A stretch of DNA of 63,992 nucleotides, counting the filler, from Reticulomyxa filosa (lineage: Eukaryota; Protista; Foraminifera): NCBI GenBank assembly GCA_000512085.1. It is 9 parts of 9 records of this genome, joined end to end, with 100 filler letters (N's around TTAATTAATTAA, not from the genome) between each part and the next. Parts side by side here need not be neighbours in the genome. Positions count along the whole stretch, not along the records: positions 11,936 to 43,054 come from ASPP01006412.1; 8 more parts are not named here. One strand, 5' to 3'. Within the stretch, counting starts at the first letter, position 1, and every line of letters starts with the position of its first letter. The notes below the pieces were generated by a model, which had not been told where the DNA came from, did not search any database, and saw nothing but the letters and a program-made list of their open reading frames with translations. The position numbers and the translations under genes were made by a program. Of this stretch, positions 11,936 to 25,455 are shown piece after piece.

Positions 11936-13190
11936 GGTACAATTGGTTTGTTATTGAATGTTAATACTCCTATTTTGTTGACTTCAATTTTTCCTTTGGC
12001 GAAAGAGTTCCTCCATTTGATAGGTATATCGTCAATGGAGTGTTGATTTGTTTTGTTTCTTTCTTCCAATAATTTTATAATTATTTCAATATCTTTGTCT
12101 GTTCGTTGTGCTTCGCAAAATTTACTTGTTTCAAATAGTCCGTCGTAATCGAATATTTCAATGCGATTACTGAATGCTTTTTCAATTTGATACGTAATAT
12201 TACCACTACTCGAATTTTGCTTCTGATTTTGATATGCGACTTTCCTATTCTTATCCGAATGAGATCTCGTTATAACAAGCAACCTTTCGGCTGATTCCAA
12301 ACTTTTGTGATTTCTAGACAAAAAATCAGCGATAAAATTTTCGTTTCCAGGAAAATATTTCGCTTCGAAAGAAAATTCGCTTAATTGTATCGCCCAAACA
12401 TTTTGCATAACCACATCATCAATTCGTTGAATGTTTTATGGTGTTCAGTTGAAACAATCTACTGTACTTCTAATGACAAGCACTGCTACATTATGTATCT
12501 CATACAAAACTTATCTGGTAACTGGTACATTGATTTACATGCCAAAAATTATCTTCTCCATCTAGGGAAGTCAAATCTGCTTCCATTGAAACTGTGTCTG
12601 AACCTATTTGACGAATCCATTGCCAACTTCATTACAATATCATCCGCACCGTCCCTCAAATCATGTATATTATCATTACTACTTGACTTCACCACGTGTG
12701 GTCTTTCGCTTAGTATTGCAGCACAAGTGTTGTTTGCCCCCAGCTTGGGGTTAATGTCGCCATTGTCACCTTGATACATCTGGCTAACATTAGACTTCGA
12801 CTCCTGCAGCTGCAACCTCTATGATAATATTTTAATCTGTTCTTGGAGCGTATAAATTTGTTTATTTAATGAAGCTTCATCAGTATCGTCCTTACAAACT
12901 GATTCCCTGGTAAAATTTTCTTTTGAGTTAGCATCACATTTTTCTAACATAAAACTTTTGTCAAGTGCTTGTTCTTTATCCTCAGTCGACAATATGTCGT
13001 GAATGTCTGTGGTTCCTGCACTAAAGCTAACCTCTTACACTTAACAGATAATCGCAACCTTGATGATACAATTAGTTCGTTTTCTTTGATTTGTTCTCCT
13101 AAATCTACCAACCTTTGCACCAATACTTTCGGACTCATCTTTAATATCTTTTCGTCACTAGGTAGTAACCTTACTCATTTTTTTATTTTA
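11936..13190 (-). mobile_element. Internally deleted, decayed Ty3/gypsy-type LTR retrotransposon remnant
   Basis: Gag-like FNGSRFDFPRW...CLS...TFNELMMWLCKMF with stops, joined to the RNase H C-terminal motif WAIQLSEFSFEAKYFPGNENFIADFLSR and the pre-integrase segment AQRTD...GVLTFNNKPIVP (RH-IN order of gypsy). Confidence 0.8.
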
Positions 13191-14287
13191 TTTTATTATG
13201 TTGGCCTGCTGTTGCTCCAAGGTTCCCTTAGAACTTTGGCACTCGTAACAGTGACTTACCCTACAGCAAAAATCGAGCATTTGCGTCGTAAAATTTTAAA
13301 TTTTGTTTTTTTTTTGGACTCTTTAAGTCATGTAAATACTTCTTTAAAAAATTAGTTTAAATCTCTGCAATATACTGTATTAGTCAGTATATTAGATAAT
13401 ATCAAGATTACCTTTCAATAAGTTATCATAACTCATTTAAGATAGTGTAGATTAGTCTGAAAAAACTATACTATTAGATAATCATTAAAGAGTGAACGTA
13501 TAAGTTATTCACAATTTACCTTCCTACAGTTATGCTGTTGGATTAAAAGGTAGCTCTGTTATAATATCATGTCTTCTGCAATAGGAGAATACTTCCTTTG
13601 GACACGTTCGTATGATACTCTTAATTATGTCAATTGCGTAATTGCAGACAAGACTGAAATTGTACTTTCCTTTCATTTTTTAAAAATAATTTGATAAAAT
13701 GAAATGGTGAAAATATTGTTAACGAGTAGACTCACAAATTGAAATGCATTGATGTTGTGCGATCTTCAAAAACGTAAATAATTTTAACTTTTTACAGATT
13801 TTTGAATCAAAGAAATTAATGCTTTCAGTTTTTTGTCAAATAAATGGATATACGCTATTGCGAGAATCCATTGTGCTTTGATGAATTATTTTTGAAAAAT
13901 GTACTTCAAAAAAACTAATTCGAATACAAAGCTCTGTTCATGAAAATTATCATTGTTGTATTGTTACATTCTTTAATTTGGATGAAAGCAGTTACATTTT
14001 TAAAGTGTTTACAAATATTTACTGTATTCAAAAAGTTTATTTTTATTTTTCCACGAGAATGAATTATCAATTGTGTAATTTTTTTTGCGAAACACTCAGG
14101 AATTTACATGGCATGTTGCATGTCCAATAAAAAAACAATGTACAATGCTTTCCTTCCTTCTCTTTCATTCTTTTTATTTAGAAACACAAATCGTTTTCGA
14201 TTCCCTCCAGTTGTGGCTCGTTTGTTCGTTCCATTTTCCCCTTATATGCTTTATTTTTTTTGTTGACAAGTAGAAGTAGTGAATAGA

Positions 14288-17200
14288 TTATGGTCCTCTT
14301 TGGCTGCCATATTGTAGCGATCGTTGCTTTAGTTGAAATCTTTTTACAGTGGCAGACGTGGCGTCAGAGCGCTTACCAGTGGATCTAGCAGAGGAACCTA
14401 AGAAGGACTGACTCGAAGAGACAGCATGCAAGCTTGGACCAACAGTCTGTCTGAATGTGCCAGAGAAAGGTGCAACATCAGTGGTGTCGGGTAGAGTTAT
14501 ATCGTCAGCGCCTTCGGGTTGTTGGGGAAAACGACCACGTTCACTTTTTTCATGACTAAGAGTGTATTGACGATTGAACTTGTAAATGGTGTTTTTGGGG
14601 TTGTAATTTTTGAAATTGGATTTGCCATTGAGATGAAGCTGCAAAGCTGACTGATTGGACAAGTCACTGACATTGACACTGTCTGTGCTGTTGTCACCAG
14701 GGAAGGAAGGAGGAACGAGTAGATCTTTGTCTGAATCCGATACGCTCCTCTCTTTTTCTATTTCGTCGACGACAGACAATACCAAGCCAAAGAATAAATT
14801 GGTGAAGATCAAAGTGACAATAAACATGAACGACATGAAATAAAAAGCCCAGGCGAAGTTATTTGTGGCAATGATGGTTTCGTTCATGATGTTGTTCCAG
14901 CCCTCGCTGACAAGCATTTGGAATAATGACAGCCATGCTTGTGAGACGGAAGAGAAGCCGAAGTAGACAAACGACGAAGAGGTCAATGTCAAATACTCGA
15001 TCTGATTGCCAACCAACGCCGTTCCGAATACTGCATACACGTAGAAGACCAACAACATGAGTATGAGTAAGCTGGAGAATCTTGGAATGACTTTGAACAC
15101 CGTGTACACGGCGGCGCGGGTGGTGCGAATCAACGTAAACATGCGAAGAAGCGGGAAGATCATGGGAATGCGAACCCAAGAGTAGTTTTGCAAGAAGAAG
15201 TTGGAGCCAAAGATTGTCCTGGTCAGAATGAACAGAGTCACGGACACGCACACGATTACCAAATCCAAACGGTGTGCAAACTCGCGATGCAACAGTTCCA
15301 GAGGGTCATCCTTGCGAGGAGGGCCATTCATCATGGTGGGACTATTACTTCCGATATCGGTGCCTGACACCATAAAGCTCGAAAAACTTCGTATCATCAC
15401 TGGATCCGTGGGTGCCTTTGGACTTTGATTTCCAGTTGCCATTGGTATTGTTGTCGTTATGGCTGCTGTTGTTGTCAATGCTATTGGTGCTGGTGTAACT
15501 GGTGCTGCTGGTGTTGTTGCCGTGCTTTGAACCGGTGAGGTGAATTGTGATGTCCCCTGGAGATTCCGCAATGTCTGATTGGCGTCGACGACAGGAATCA
15601 ATGGGATGACACGACACTGACTAATGTTCCAGTAGTACTCCCAGCCATAGACGATCAGTTTGATGAACACATCGAACCCGTTCAGTAACACGCAAATGCC
15701 CAGCATCACATCCAACATCTTCAGCGACAAGAGTCCAGGATATGTCCCGTACATCATCAGCAACATGACTTCGGTGAAAATGATGACCAACACGGCCTGG
15801 TTGAACGATTCCTTTTCGATAATCGACGTGCGCAGCCAAGTGCGGAGGGAGTCGTCTTCGATAATGTCTGTCAATGTCGGTTTGTTGTAGATCTTCTCCA
15901 AATGCAACACGAACTCGTTAATTTCGATTTGGTCGTCTCCATCGTCATCAAAACTTTCAAAGCCCTGTAATCCTCGCACTAATTCTTTCGCCTCTTTCCC
16001 AGGGATGCGTTTCAAGTAGCTAATGAATGCCTCAAACTCGGTTCGAGACACTACATTGTCATTGTCCAAGTTCACCAAGCAAAATGCCGCAATGAACCCT
16101 GTGCGCTTAAAAAATTTCCTTCGCTCTCGTTCGTTACTGTGGATCGAGCTAAATGCTGATTTTGCCAAGCAAACATACGCAAACCGTAACATTTACACAA
16201 AAAAATGAAACGTACATATTTGCAAATACGTATACACGCACACAAAATGTGTGCACGTATAAAATTATACCTTCTTGAAATTTGGACACGACCAATGGAA
16301 TGACAATGAAGGTACCAGCAATGGTAAGTAAAATAAAATAGAGCATGAGAATCTTGGACTCGTCGAGGGACGCATAGACAACGGCTTCATAGTTTTCACC
16401 TGACACCATGAAGATGAAACTTTGCATCATGGAGCGGATAAAGTTGTAAAACGACTCGAGATTGGAATAGTGCAAGAAGATGCCAAAGCGAAAAGTAAGC
16501 GTGCCCGCCACAGCGGCAATGCCCCACACAATGAGATACAGCAACATACCGTCAATGGCCTCGTACATGGTCATGACAAAGGCGTACAGGGCGCCCAAGA
16601 GGTTATCATTGGCCAAAATCAAAATCAAAGGTCTCACATCGAGATATCCGGAGAGAACGACATAGGACACTTGAGCGACGAGTATATCGACAATGACGGC
16701 AATAGTCACAAGCACACGCATGATGAAGATGCGCCTTTGATTTTCCGGAGACACCAATGGATTGGCGTCGTTATCTTGCCATCGGAATTGAATTAGTCCA
16801 GTCATCCAAATATCGAGTATTTCTACAAACACACACAAGCACTCGGTAGTAAGCACTCCTTTACTGTATCCATGGCTGTCACGCAATGTATTTTTGTTGT
16901 ACGATTTCCAAAATGATAATAACAAATGAGCGGTCATGACACAGTGCAAAAACGAAAACCAAATGTTACTGGAATGGAACGAGTACAAACTTAAGCGATA
17001 CCATAAATTCTTTTCAATTTGTTCCATTTGCACCACGGTGATAATGTTCAGTCCTTGCTTTGCTTGCTTAATATGATTCAATGCCCTTCGATGATAATGG
17101 TCTAACATATCTTGCCTCGACGTCGGCCTTTGTCCGACACTCTCGTTTTCGCGCAGCCAACTTTGTAAACATGCATCACGCACCGATTGACGAATGTTTT

Positions 17201-20116
17201 CGGAAATAAACTCCAACACGTTGATATCCGAGTTGATTGCCCATCCACCGTCATTCTTCGACTCCTTTTCTTTGTCCGTCTCACCACCCATAACATTGGC
17301 TAGATCGTTGACATTGCTCTGTGTTTTGAAATGATCACTGCGACCCTTTGCATGTGTCGGCGACTCGACGCTAGGCGGTGGAGGCGACGTTCCTCTCAGC
17401 GCCCTCATCGACTGCGATCTGCCGTTGTTGTTGTTTCTTTCTTTTTCTTGCTTCTCTTCGTATAACACCTTTAGCAACTGCTGTTCCTCCTGCGCAAACA
17501 GCTGAGATTCGTCTAGTCCGTAATGCTTCGTGGGGTAGCCGCTCACGTCATTCCATCCGAGTCGCTTGTTCAGCATTGACAAGTACTCATCCTCCCAGCG
17601 CGTCGTCACTGAGTCAAAGTTACGACGTCCTACGCTGTAGATGTATGACAGTATCTGGTTTAGGTAAACATTTTATCCGTTGTGATTACAAGCAAACCAA
17701 CAAAATAGTTTTGCACAAGTTAAATTGATATGTAATTATAAACATATGCATATATAAATATACACATATATAAACATATATATGTATATATATATTTATA
17801 TTTATATGTAATGTAATAAATACGAGAAAACAAACAACACAAAGCACAAAACAATCAAAGCTCCGCCCACACAAATAATGGCCAAGGCCGCGTATTGCTC
17901 AAAGTCCCCTGTAAACACCTGCAGGGACACACTAAGGACAAAGATCCAGTCCAATTTGGCCCAGTTTTCGTTTTCGGGAATTGTAATGGGGTCTTTGAAG
18001 GAATAGACGCCGATGGCCGGATATCCAAAGATCTGCTTCAGGACGACGAGCTGATACGAGGTTGGAATTTGATCAGGCGACGGCTGGATCAAGTAGTCTG
18101 TGACAGAAGACACGGTGAGATCATCCGTTGTGTCGGCGTGCGTGACGGAATACATTTTCTGTCCGTAAGGGGACTTGGTTTGAGTGATCAAATTGTTTGC
18201 CGTGGACGCGATCAGATACCACTCCGAATCGGATTCGGAGTCGGAACTGGAGTTGGAGCCAGAGGCATTGTCATAGCGCAGATTATATCTGGCATTGGTA
18301 ATTGCAAACATGGAGAAATTCAATTGCGCCATTGTCGACGGCGCCCCATGCGAATGTTTCAAGTACGGCAATCGACTGGCTTGCCAAATTTGATCGATGC
18401 CGATGGCCGAAACTTTTTGAAAGGAAATGAGAACGCCCAAGTAAATAAGTGAGTCGCTACTGTCTTTGTCGAAATGAAGAGTTTGATACAGGCCCAAATA
18501 GCATACAGTTTGGCCATCGAAACACGCGTAGGGTTTGGACCAGGCAATGGTTCCGTTGTGGGATCTCAAATATGATGTCAACTCGTCCGCGGCCGAGACG
18601 ACGGCACAGTCGCGAACATATTTGATGTTGCTGTAGCTATTGTCTACGCTCCAATTGATGCAATCGTCGGTGGTATTGGTATTTAATGACAGTTGGGTGC
18701 CATTGACAGAGGCAAAGGCCGAGGTGATTTGAAGGGTGGAACTGTCGTCGTTTGCATACAATGTATTTTCGACAGTAACAACACCAACGATCTCGTATGA
18801 AGGCCAATACGACGATAAGGAGGACTCAAACTGTGTGGAATTGTGATACAATTGTTGCATGGTGTCTTTGTAGTTTTGCAAAAATAGACGTCCTTTGAAA
18901 TACTCAAACTCCATTCCCAACTCTCCAATTCTCGCGGATATGGAAATAAAGTTTTGCTTAATGTCATCAATGGCATGCGAGGATAAGGTGCGACATCCCA
19001 GATAACTAAAGCCGATGCACAACAACACTAATATAGCCAAAATGGTCTGTACACGTGATGCCATTAATCCCCACTTGGTTTGCCATTGTGATGACTCGCG
19101 ATTGAATATACTTCGCATTAATTGTCTTTTGATATTCGATTGCATTTGCTTTTTTTCCTCTTCTTTTTTCCAATTCTTTATTTCTTTCCGTGCTTGTTTC
19201 AACGATAACTTCCCAACGTCTGCCTTGTCGTCTAATGTCTGTGCACGTTTCGAACGTGCGGGCGGAATGCTGGTCAACTCGAGTGTGTCTTTCGCGTCAT
19301 TGTTTGCAATGTTGTTGTTGTTGTTGTTGTTGTTGATGTTGTCGTTGCCAGTTATCAGATTTCTTGCAGAGTCAGCTGCGTTTACATTGAACTGTACGTC
19401 GTAAATTTCCGTTTTTTTTTGTCCAATTCCAAGGGATGCGCACTTCCCAATGAGTGTCTTCGTTTGCTGGCATTTGGACTCTGGTTGTTATGATTATTAC
19501 TGAAGCCGGGAGTGGTGTTGGTTTCATCTCTTTTGGGGCTGTTGGGAGCATGTCCATTACCAGTGATAGGTGAGGAAGTGGTTGTTTCGATGGTTTTGGG
19601 GTGTTGGTTGAGCTGAGCCAGTTCCATTTCTTGTCCTTGTGCAGACTGTTCATTGGTCATCTTTCGGAACAAATTCACTTTGCTTGCTTCGTTGTTCTTG
19701 TCATCATCGCGATGTATTTCGCGAATTTCGCTTAGCAAATACTCTTTCTGCACTTTGGCCTTGGCTATAGCCTGTTTGCTGTGTGGCTGATGGTCTTCGT
19801 CATCGTCATCCTCCTTGTCAGCGATCGTAAGGAATGGATGTAAGCGATAGCGTTCGTCTCTGGGGATGACAGGCACGGCCTGACTGATAAAGCCTGTGGC
19901 AGCGGCAAACACGCATGCGAAGCAAGTCAAGGCGACGACGACGTTGAACGCGTTGTTGGCATTGCGATGCACTTCCTCGATGGGATACACGACCACACAC
20001 CAAAAGCGCATGAACGACGTGGAAGAAGTGGCAAAGTTGATGCGACGAGTATATACAAAGTACTTGCCAGCACTTTCATACAAATGACCATTGGCATATC
20101 CCACATTATTATTATT

Positions 20117-20153
<37 letters not shown>

Positions 20154-21376
20154 CGTCGTTTCTCCATTTCTTCAAATCTTTGACAGTGTCGACGATCAAT
20201 TTCGACTGAGCCGTTGCCTTACGTCCTTGGCCTGTGCCGAGAGTGCTTGCAGCGCTGCTCAAGGCGATGTTGCTGCCATTACTAACGTGTTCGGTAATTT
20301 GATAGCCCTCATCGCCCATGGAACTCACAAACACGTCGCCGTTGTCGTCGTCGCTAACCCAATACACGACTGCATTGAAACGCAAGTCGAGAGACTTGTA
20401 TTTCATCGAGATTTGCGATGATCGCACAATGACGGCAACCATTTGGTCTCTGTCCGCGTTGTATCGAAGCTGCATCATCCACACGCTCGACGTCGTGCCG
20501 TTTAATGTCTTGTCGTTGAACCAATACAAACGCTGTAAGTCGGCTTCTGCGGCCTCGTTACGATATGCCCACGTATCGTTCAACACTCCGTCCAATGCAT
20601 CCGTTTGGAAAGCCTTACCGACTTGCTGCAATTGCATGCCGGGTGTGTACTTGCGACACGTCAAATTCCCAATAAATCCTTGACACGCTGTCAAATTTCC
20701 CTCTTCCAACATCATCCCTTCTGCATAAGGGACGTTATTGTTTCCATGTTTGATGAATCCAAACACGCCATCGATCGTCGGCTCTACTATCGTTGGCTTG
20801 AAGTAGTTGTTATACAAAATCTCCAACGACGACAAGTTGTTTACTGGCAGCAGTATCGATGTCGAAAAATCGAGAAAACGATGACTCGCAAACAATGACT
20901 GACTTGCGATTGATGCCGTCGAATTCCCTAACACAGCATTGCCCATATTCATTACTCCTTTTACCGTTGCGTATAATGGAAGACTCCTATTCATTTTTTA
21001 AATAATATTAATATTAATAATAATAACAATAATAATAATAATAAAATAAATAAATAACGTAACAACACTTTCCAAGAAATATAACCACTGCTTGCCACAA
21101 CACCAGATAACAAAATAGCCAATGCCAACATGGCAAATGTTAACTCACATTTGTAGCAACAAACCATGTGTCCCTGCTTTGCCGGCTCTTTGGTTGAAGA
21201 CGGCTTTACAGTGTGCTTTTTCATATCCTCGGTCATATCTCCCTCATTCCCTGAGGCTTTGTCTGCTTTCAGCTCCACTTCTTCTTTTTCTGGCTTTGAT
21301 TTGGGTTCAGGTTCGGGTTCGCCTTCAGGTTGCATCAATTCAAACAAAAAGCGCGGTTGCAATCGTTTGACTAACT
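14288..21376 (-). CDS. Two-pore-type cation channel (6TM-EF-hand pair-6TM) preceded by two TM-flanked Cache-like extracytoplasmic modules; multi-exon
   Basis: Channel part: pore loops SFIFMVSGENY and SLFQMLVSEGWNNIM, S6 segments LYFILLTIAGTFIVIPLVV and FYFMSFMFIVTLIFTNLFFGLVL, EF-hands NLDNDNVVSRTEF and DDDGDDQIEINEF. Upstream are two TM-(about 330-350 aa)-TM modules ending FWCVVVYP-TM and LDWIFVLSV-TM, with IAWSKPY in the second. Segments join via short introns and two apparent frameshifts in repeats (about 19415 and 20118). Confidence 0.75.
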
Positions 21377-21484
21377 GACCTAATTGAAAGACCTTTTTTT
21401 TTTTTTTAATTGTTAAAAAAAAAAAATTATTTTTTTTTAATGATAAACATATTAAAATTATTTTTTTAAAAAAAAATACGAAAC

Positions 21485-24366
21485 CATGGATCGTTCAATA
21501 ATTTTGGAAACATATTGCTCAGTGTCCAATAACAACTCCTCCTCTTGGAACGCTCTGGAAAACTCTCGCTTGATGTCAACAGTGCTGAAGAAGCCATAGG
21601 AGGCCACGTTAGACGTGGACGAAGGAGAGAACTCGTTGTTGGCTGTGGTCATATTGCGGAAGAAATCGGCGGGGTTGGCAGTGGTCTGCGTTCTCGTACG
21701 CGGCACAAAGGAGGAGACGTAGTCCGGATACGGGAAGGCCTCCAACTCACTCGGCTTCACGTCCAGCAGTCGACATCCGACCGGCTTGCCACGGACGTGT
21801 CGTTGGAACATGGGCAAGAACGATCTACGGTCCAGGATGTGTCGAGACAATGCAAAGGCAATGTGTTGGAACACTAATTGCGGCTTGTAGCGATACACGA
21901 GCTGCGTGTCATCGACGCGAATGCCAAAGGTTAAATGCACCAACGTTGGCGTGTTGCAAAATCCCAAGTCGTACCACTTGCGCAACGCTGTCTTCTTTCG
22001 TAGTATTATATCATTGCAATTGATATCGGGAATGTGATCTTCCTCGGTCAATGACGGGATTCCTTTGTACCCTTTGATTATCGCTTCTTTCATTATATAC
22101 AATGCATTGCGATTTTCCAAGTCTTTTAGGGTTTTCCCGTTCTCTAGTTGGACTGTTAATGACAGCTGCAATTCTTTTTTTAATTATAGAGAATATTCAA
22201 ATAAATTTATTTATACATATATGAACATAGGAACATAATCAAACCTCCCAGCAAATTGGTTTTGTGAAAACAATGGTAATCTCGATACAACAAAATACAC
22301 AACAAGTTATCAATGGTAAAAATCCATCCACGATTGTCATGTGCGATTGCATTGTCCTCTTTTCGTAAGAATGACATGGCATCAAAGAAATGCGTCATCC
22401 CACCCATTTGCACCGTGTTCCGCGTGTCGCGTTCGTCGTATACAATATTCATCAACTCGCGATAGCAGTGCATTTCGTCTTCGCTCGGGGTCAACTGAAA
22501 CAGCTCTTGAAACACTGTTGGGTTGTTCCAATAGTGCACCACTTCGTAGTAGGACATGCTCAGTGTCGACACACGTTCCTGGATTGCTAGTGACTCCATT
22601 GGCTCATTCTCGCGTGATGTATCACTCCTAATCGATGGGTTGCGTGCGTTCGATTGAGCTCGAGGCATTGGTGTGGCTATATTTCGATCTCGTTGCGGCT
22701 GCATTTTTTTTTTTTTGCAAGACGTGCATGTTGCGTATGTATAAAAAGAGTGACGCATGTACATAGGCTTTGCATCTTGTGTAACTCAAAACACACAAGT
22801 CGAGCAAACTTAACAATGTGACTGAGCTCTTTTTCAATAAGTTGAGATATGCGCATTTTGTTCCATTGGTGCATTCCTTTGGTGCCATATTTGTCCACCC
22901 TTGCAAAAGTTTTTTTTTTATCAAAGAAAAGAATGCCAAAAAAATTTTTAATGACCCTTTTTTTTTTTTTTTAGTTAGTTTTTTTTGTTATGACACAAAG
23001 CAAAGAACATACAAGCGTTTCAATTCAGCTTCAGATGGTTGATTTTTTCTCACTACCTATACAATAGGTAAGCAAATATTGCATATGCACGTGTATATAA
23101 ACAAATGGATCAAATGATTCAATAAAATGGACAAAATATTTGATAAAGAAAAAAAGTTTGCTTAAGGACATTCTCTCGACTGCCAAGTTGTACAAATTTG
23201 CGATACAAAAATTGAATATGTGACGTATGGATAATGGCTTCTCTACGCTTGGGGTCGTTCCATGGATACATAGTCGGGGTTTTTCGTATCTCTTTTTCTA
23301 GTTCATTTTTGACAGCGAATGAGGGAGACAATTGTCCTGCCTTTCCCAAACTCCGTGCTTGATGGTACAAATAATCGGGCAATGTCTCAAAGATATTGTA
23401 CACTTCGCCCCCCCCCCATATACACCAAAAAAAAAAACATTACAGACAATGAGCCCCAATTGTTAATTTTTTTGGTTCTTTGTGTTTTGCAAATAAAAAA
23501 ATAAAAAATGCATATCTAACCTTCTTGTAAATAGTGCAAAGTACAAAATAATCGTCGAATCTCATGCATAACTTCACTAATTTCTACTTCTTGCGACCGC
23601 TTTTCCATAAACACGTTATTAAACACAGGCTTAGTAACATATTTGGCTGCGTACTCATATTGTTCAAAGGTCGGATCGAACGTGGATATGGTTCGATCGC
23701 TCTCGTTAAATTTATTAAACAGTTGAGAGGAAGGAACGGTGTCCACGATCTTTGGTTGCTCTGAACTCGATGGGGGCAATGACAACCCTGCTTCATTATA
23801 TTTGGATTCCATTTCTATTCCAGTGCTCTCATTTTTATTTTCTTGTGTTTCTTTGTCCTGCATGCTGTCTTTCTCGTTCTTATTGTTGTTGCCATTAGCA
23901 TCATCAATTCCATTTTCTTTGACGTCTCCGATATCAAATGAGACCATTTTTTTTTGTAACTTTGATTTGGGATCGCTCTGCTTTCACACAAATATACAAA
24001 CAAAAACTCTTCATTGCTTTCGTGTGTATATTCTACTCAATATTCCTTCCCTATACACACTTCAAAACATGCCATTGCAAGCTGGAGGTCTCCAATTGAT
24101 ACACTTTTCGCCAACTCTTGCAATCTGCTCTGTACCTCCACGCTCGAATTTCTTGCTTCTACATTGGTCATTCGTGGTGCTACGTTGTCCCCACTTGTAT
24201 TAATATTGGCTTCTGTGGTTTCGGTTTTTTCCTCTTTGCTTTGAGTGCTAACATTAGAGACCACTTCGGTTGTTATTTCATTCTTATTGTCAGAGTTTTC
24301 AATTATATCTGTATTATGTTCCTTTGGCGCTTCTGGAACATAACCTGGATCATGCTCTGTTGACAT
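21485..24366 (-). CDS. Upstream exons of unknown function; probably the N-terminal cytosolic part of the same channel gene (ATG 24366), possibly a separate gene
   Basis: Chain of same-strand ORFs (24037-24366, 23516-23947, 23119-23403, 22677-22898, 22207-22764, 21458-22171) separated by roughly 80-130 nt AT-rich gaps. A phase-0 join ERSM|gt...cag|LVKRLQPR into the next exon is possible. Confidence 0.6.
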
Positions 24367-24524
24367 TTTGTTTTTTTTTTACTTAAAAAAATATTTTTAC
24401 TTGGATAATAAAAAAATTACAACAAAAATTATTCTTTCATTTTCATCACACCACCATCGTAGCAAAAATAAAAAGAATGTAATTGAAATAAATATTTGTA
24501 GCCATAAATAGATATGCACAGAAA

Positions 24525-25416
24525 AATGTTGGTCAAGTTTTCAAACCTGTATTGCGTAGGGTGATTTCCAAAGTTCGATTGAAAATTGGACATGTCATCT
24601 TACCATCATCTTCAATTCTTGCCTGTGAATACAACGAAAGGTGCATCACAAGAAGAGGACGGCAATCAGTCGACAAGTGATGATGAAAGTACTCCGAGAC
24701 AAGAGCCGGCTCAAACCACAGCCGTGCGGCCTGGAACAACCTTAGTCTTCGCTCCAATAAGCGCATCATCAGAGGCAATACCGTCTCCAGGAGTGATGTT
24801 CGTTGCAAACGTGAACAGCGTAGCGCCCGAAAAACCAGAGCAAAGGAAACGACAATCTTCTAAAAAGCGTCACAGTAGTAAATTTCTCGAGCAAAGCGCC
24901 ACTGATCCCGCACAAATGGCCTCCAGTGAGAGAGATTCCCTAAGTGAGCACATTGAAAATGGCCATAGCACTTCGTCGGAAAGCACTCAAAAAAAAAGGT
25001 AACGTATACAGACACAAATAGAATAGGGAAAAAAGGGGGGGGACAGGAAGATAGAATTTTTTTTTTTATAAAAAGAAAAAAACATGTTTGTTTTTACATT
25101 GCGTTTAGTATCCCTTAAAGATTTTATTTTTTTTTCTTGCCACAGCGTAAAGCATACTAACACACCTCAGGGATTCCATCCTGCAAACGATGACAGATGA
25201 GCCCGGAAAGCAAACAACGAACAGTGGCAATGAAAAAGTGAACGAAAACAGAGACGCAATGGACGAGGGGGATCATGGCATGACTAACACCCACGATGAG
25301 GTTGACGAATTGTTCAATATAACCGACAGTGATAACGAAGTAGAAAGCAAAAAGTACTCCAAATCCAAGGGTTACGAAAAAGTGTTACCACGACAAAAAA
25401 TAGTAACAGCAATGAT

Positions 25417-25455
<39 letters not shown>

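Noticed and set aside
10261-13190. IS21 next to a retrotransposon as a composite element or horizontal-transfer island
   Set aside because: They are separated by an artificial spacer and have very different base composition.
19400-20125. Programmed frameshifting or pseudogenisation of the channel gene
   Set aside because: The shifts fall in an A9 run and an (AAT)n tract. Similar shifts occur at about 25380, 25620, 59718 and 60818, so homopolymer sequencing error is the simplest explanation; reads would be needed to confirm.
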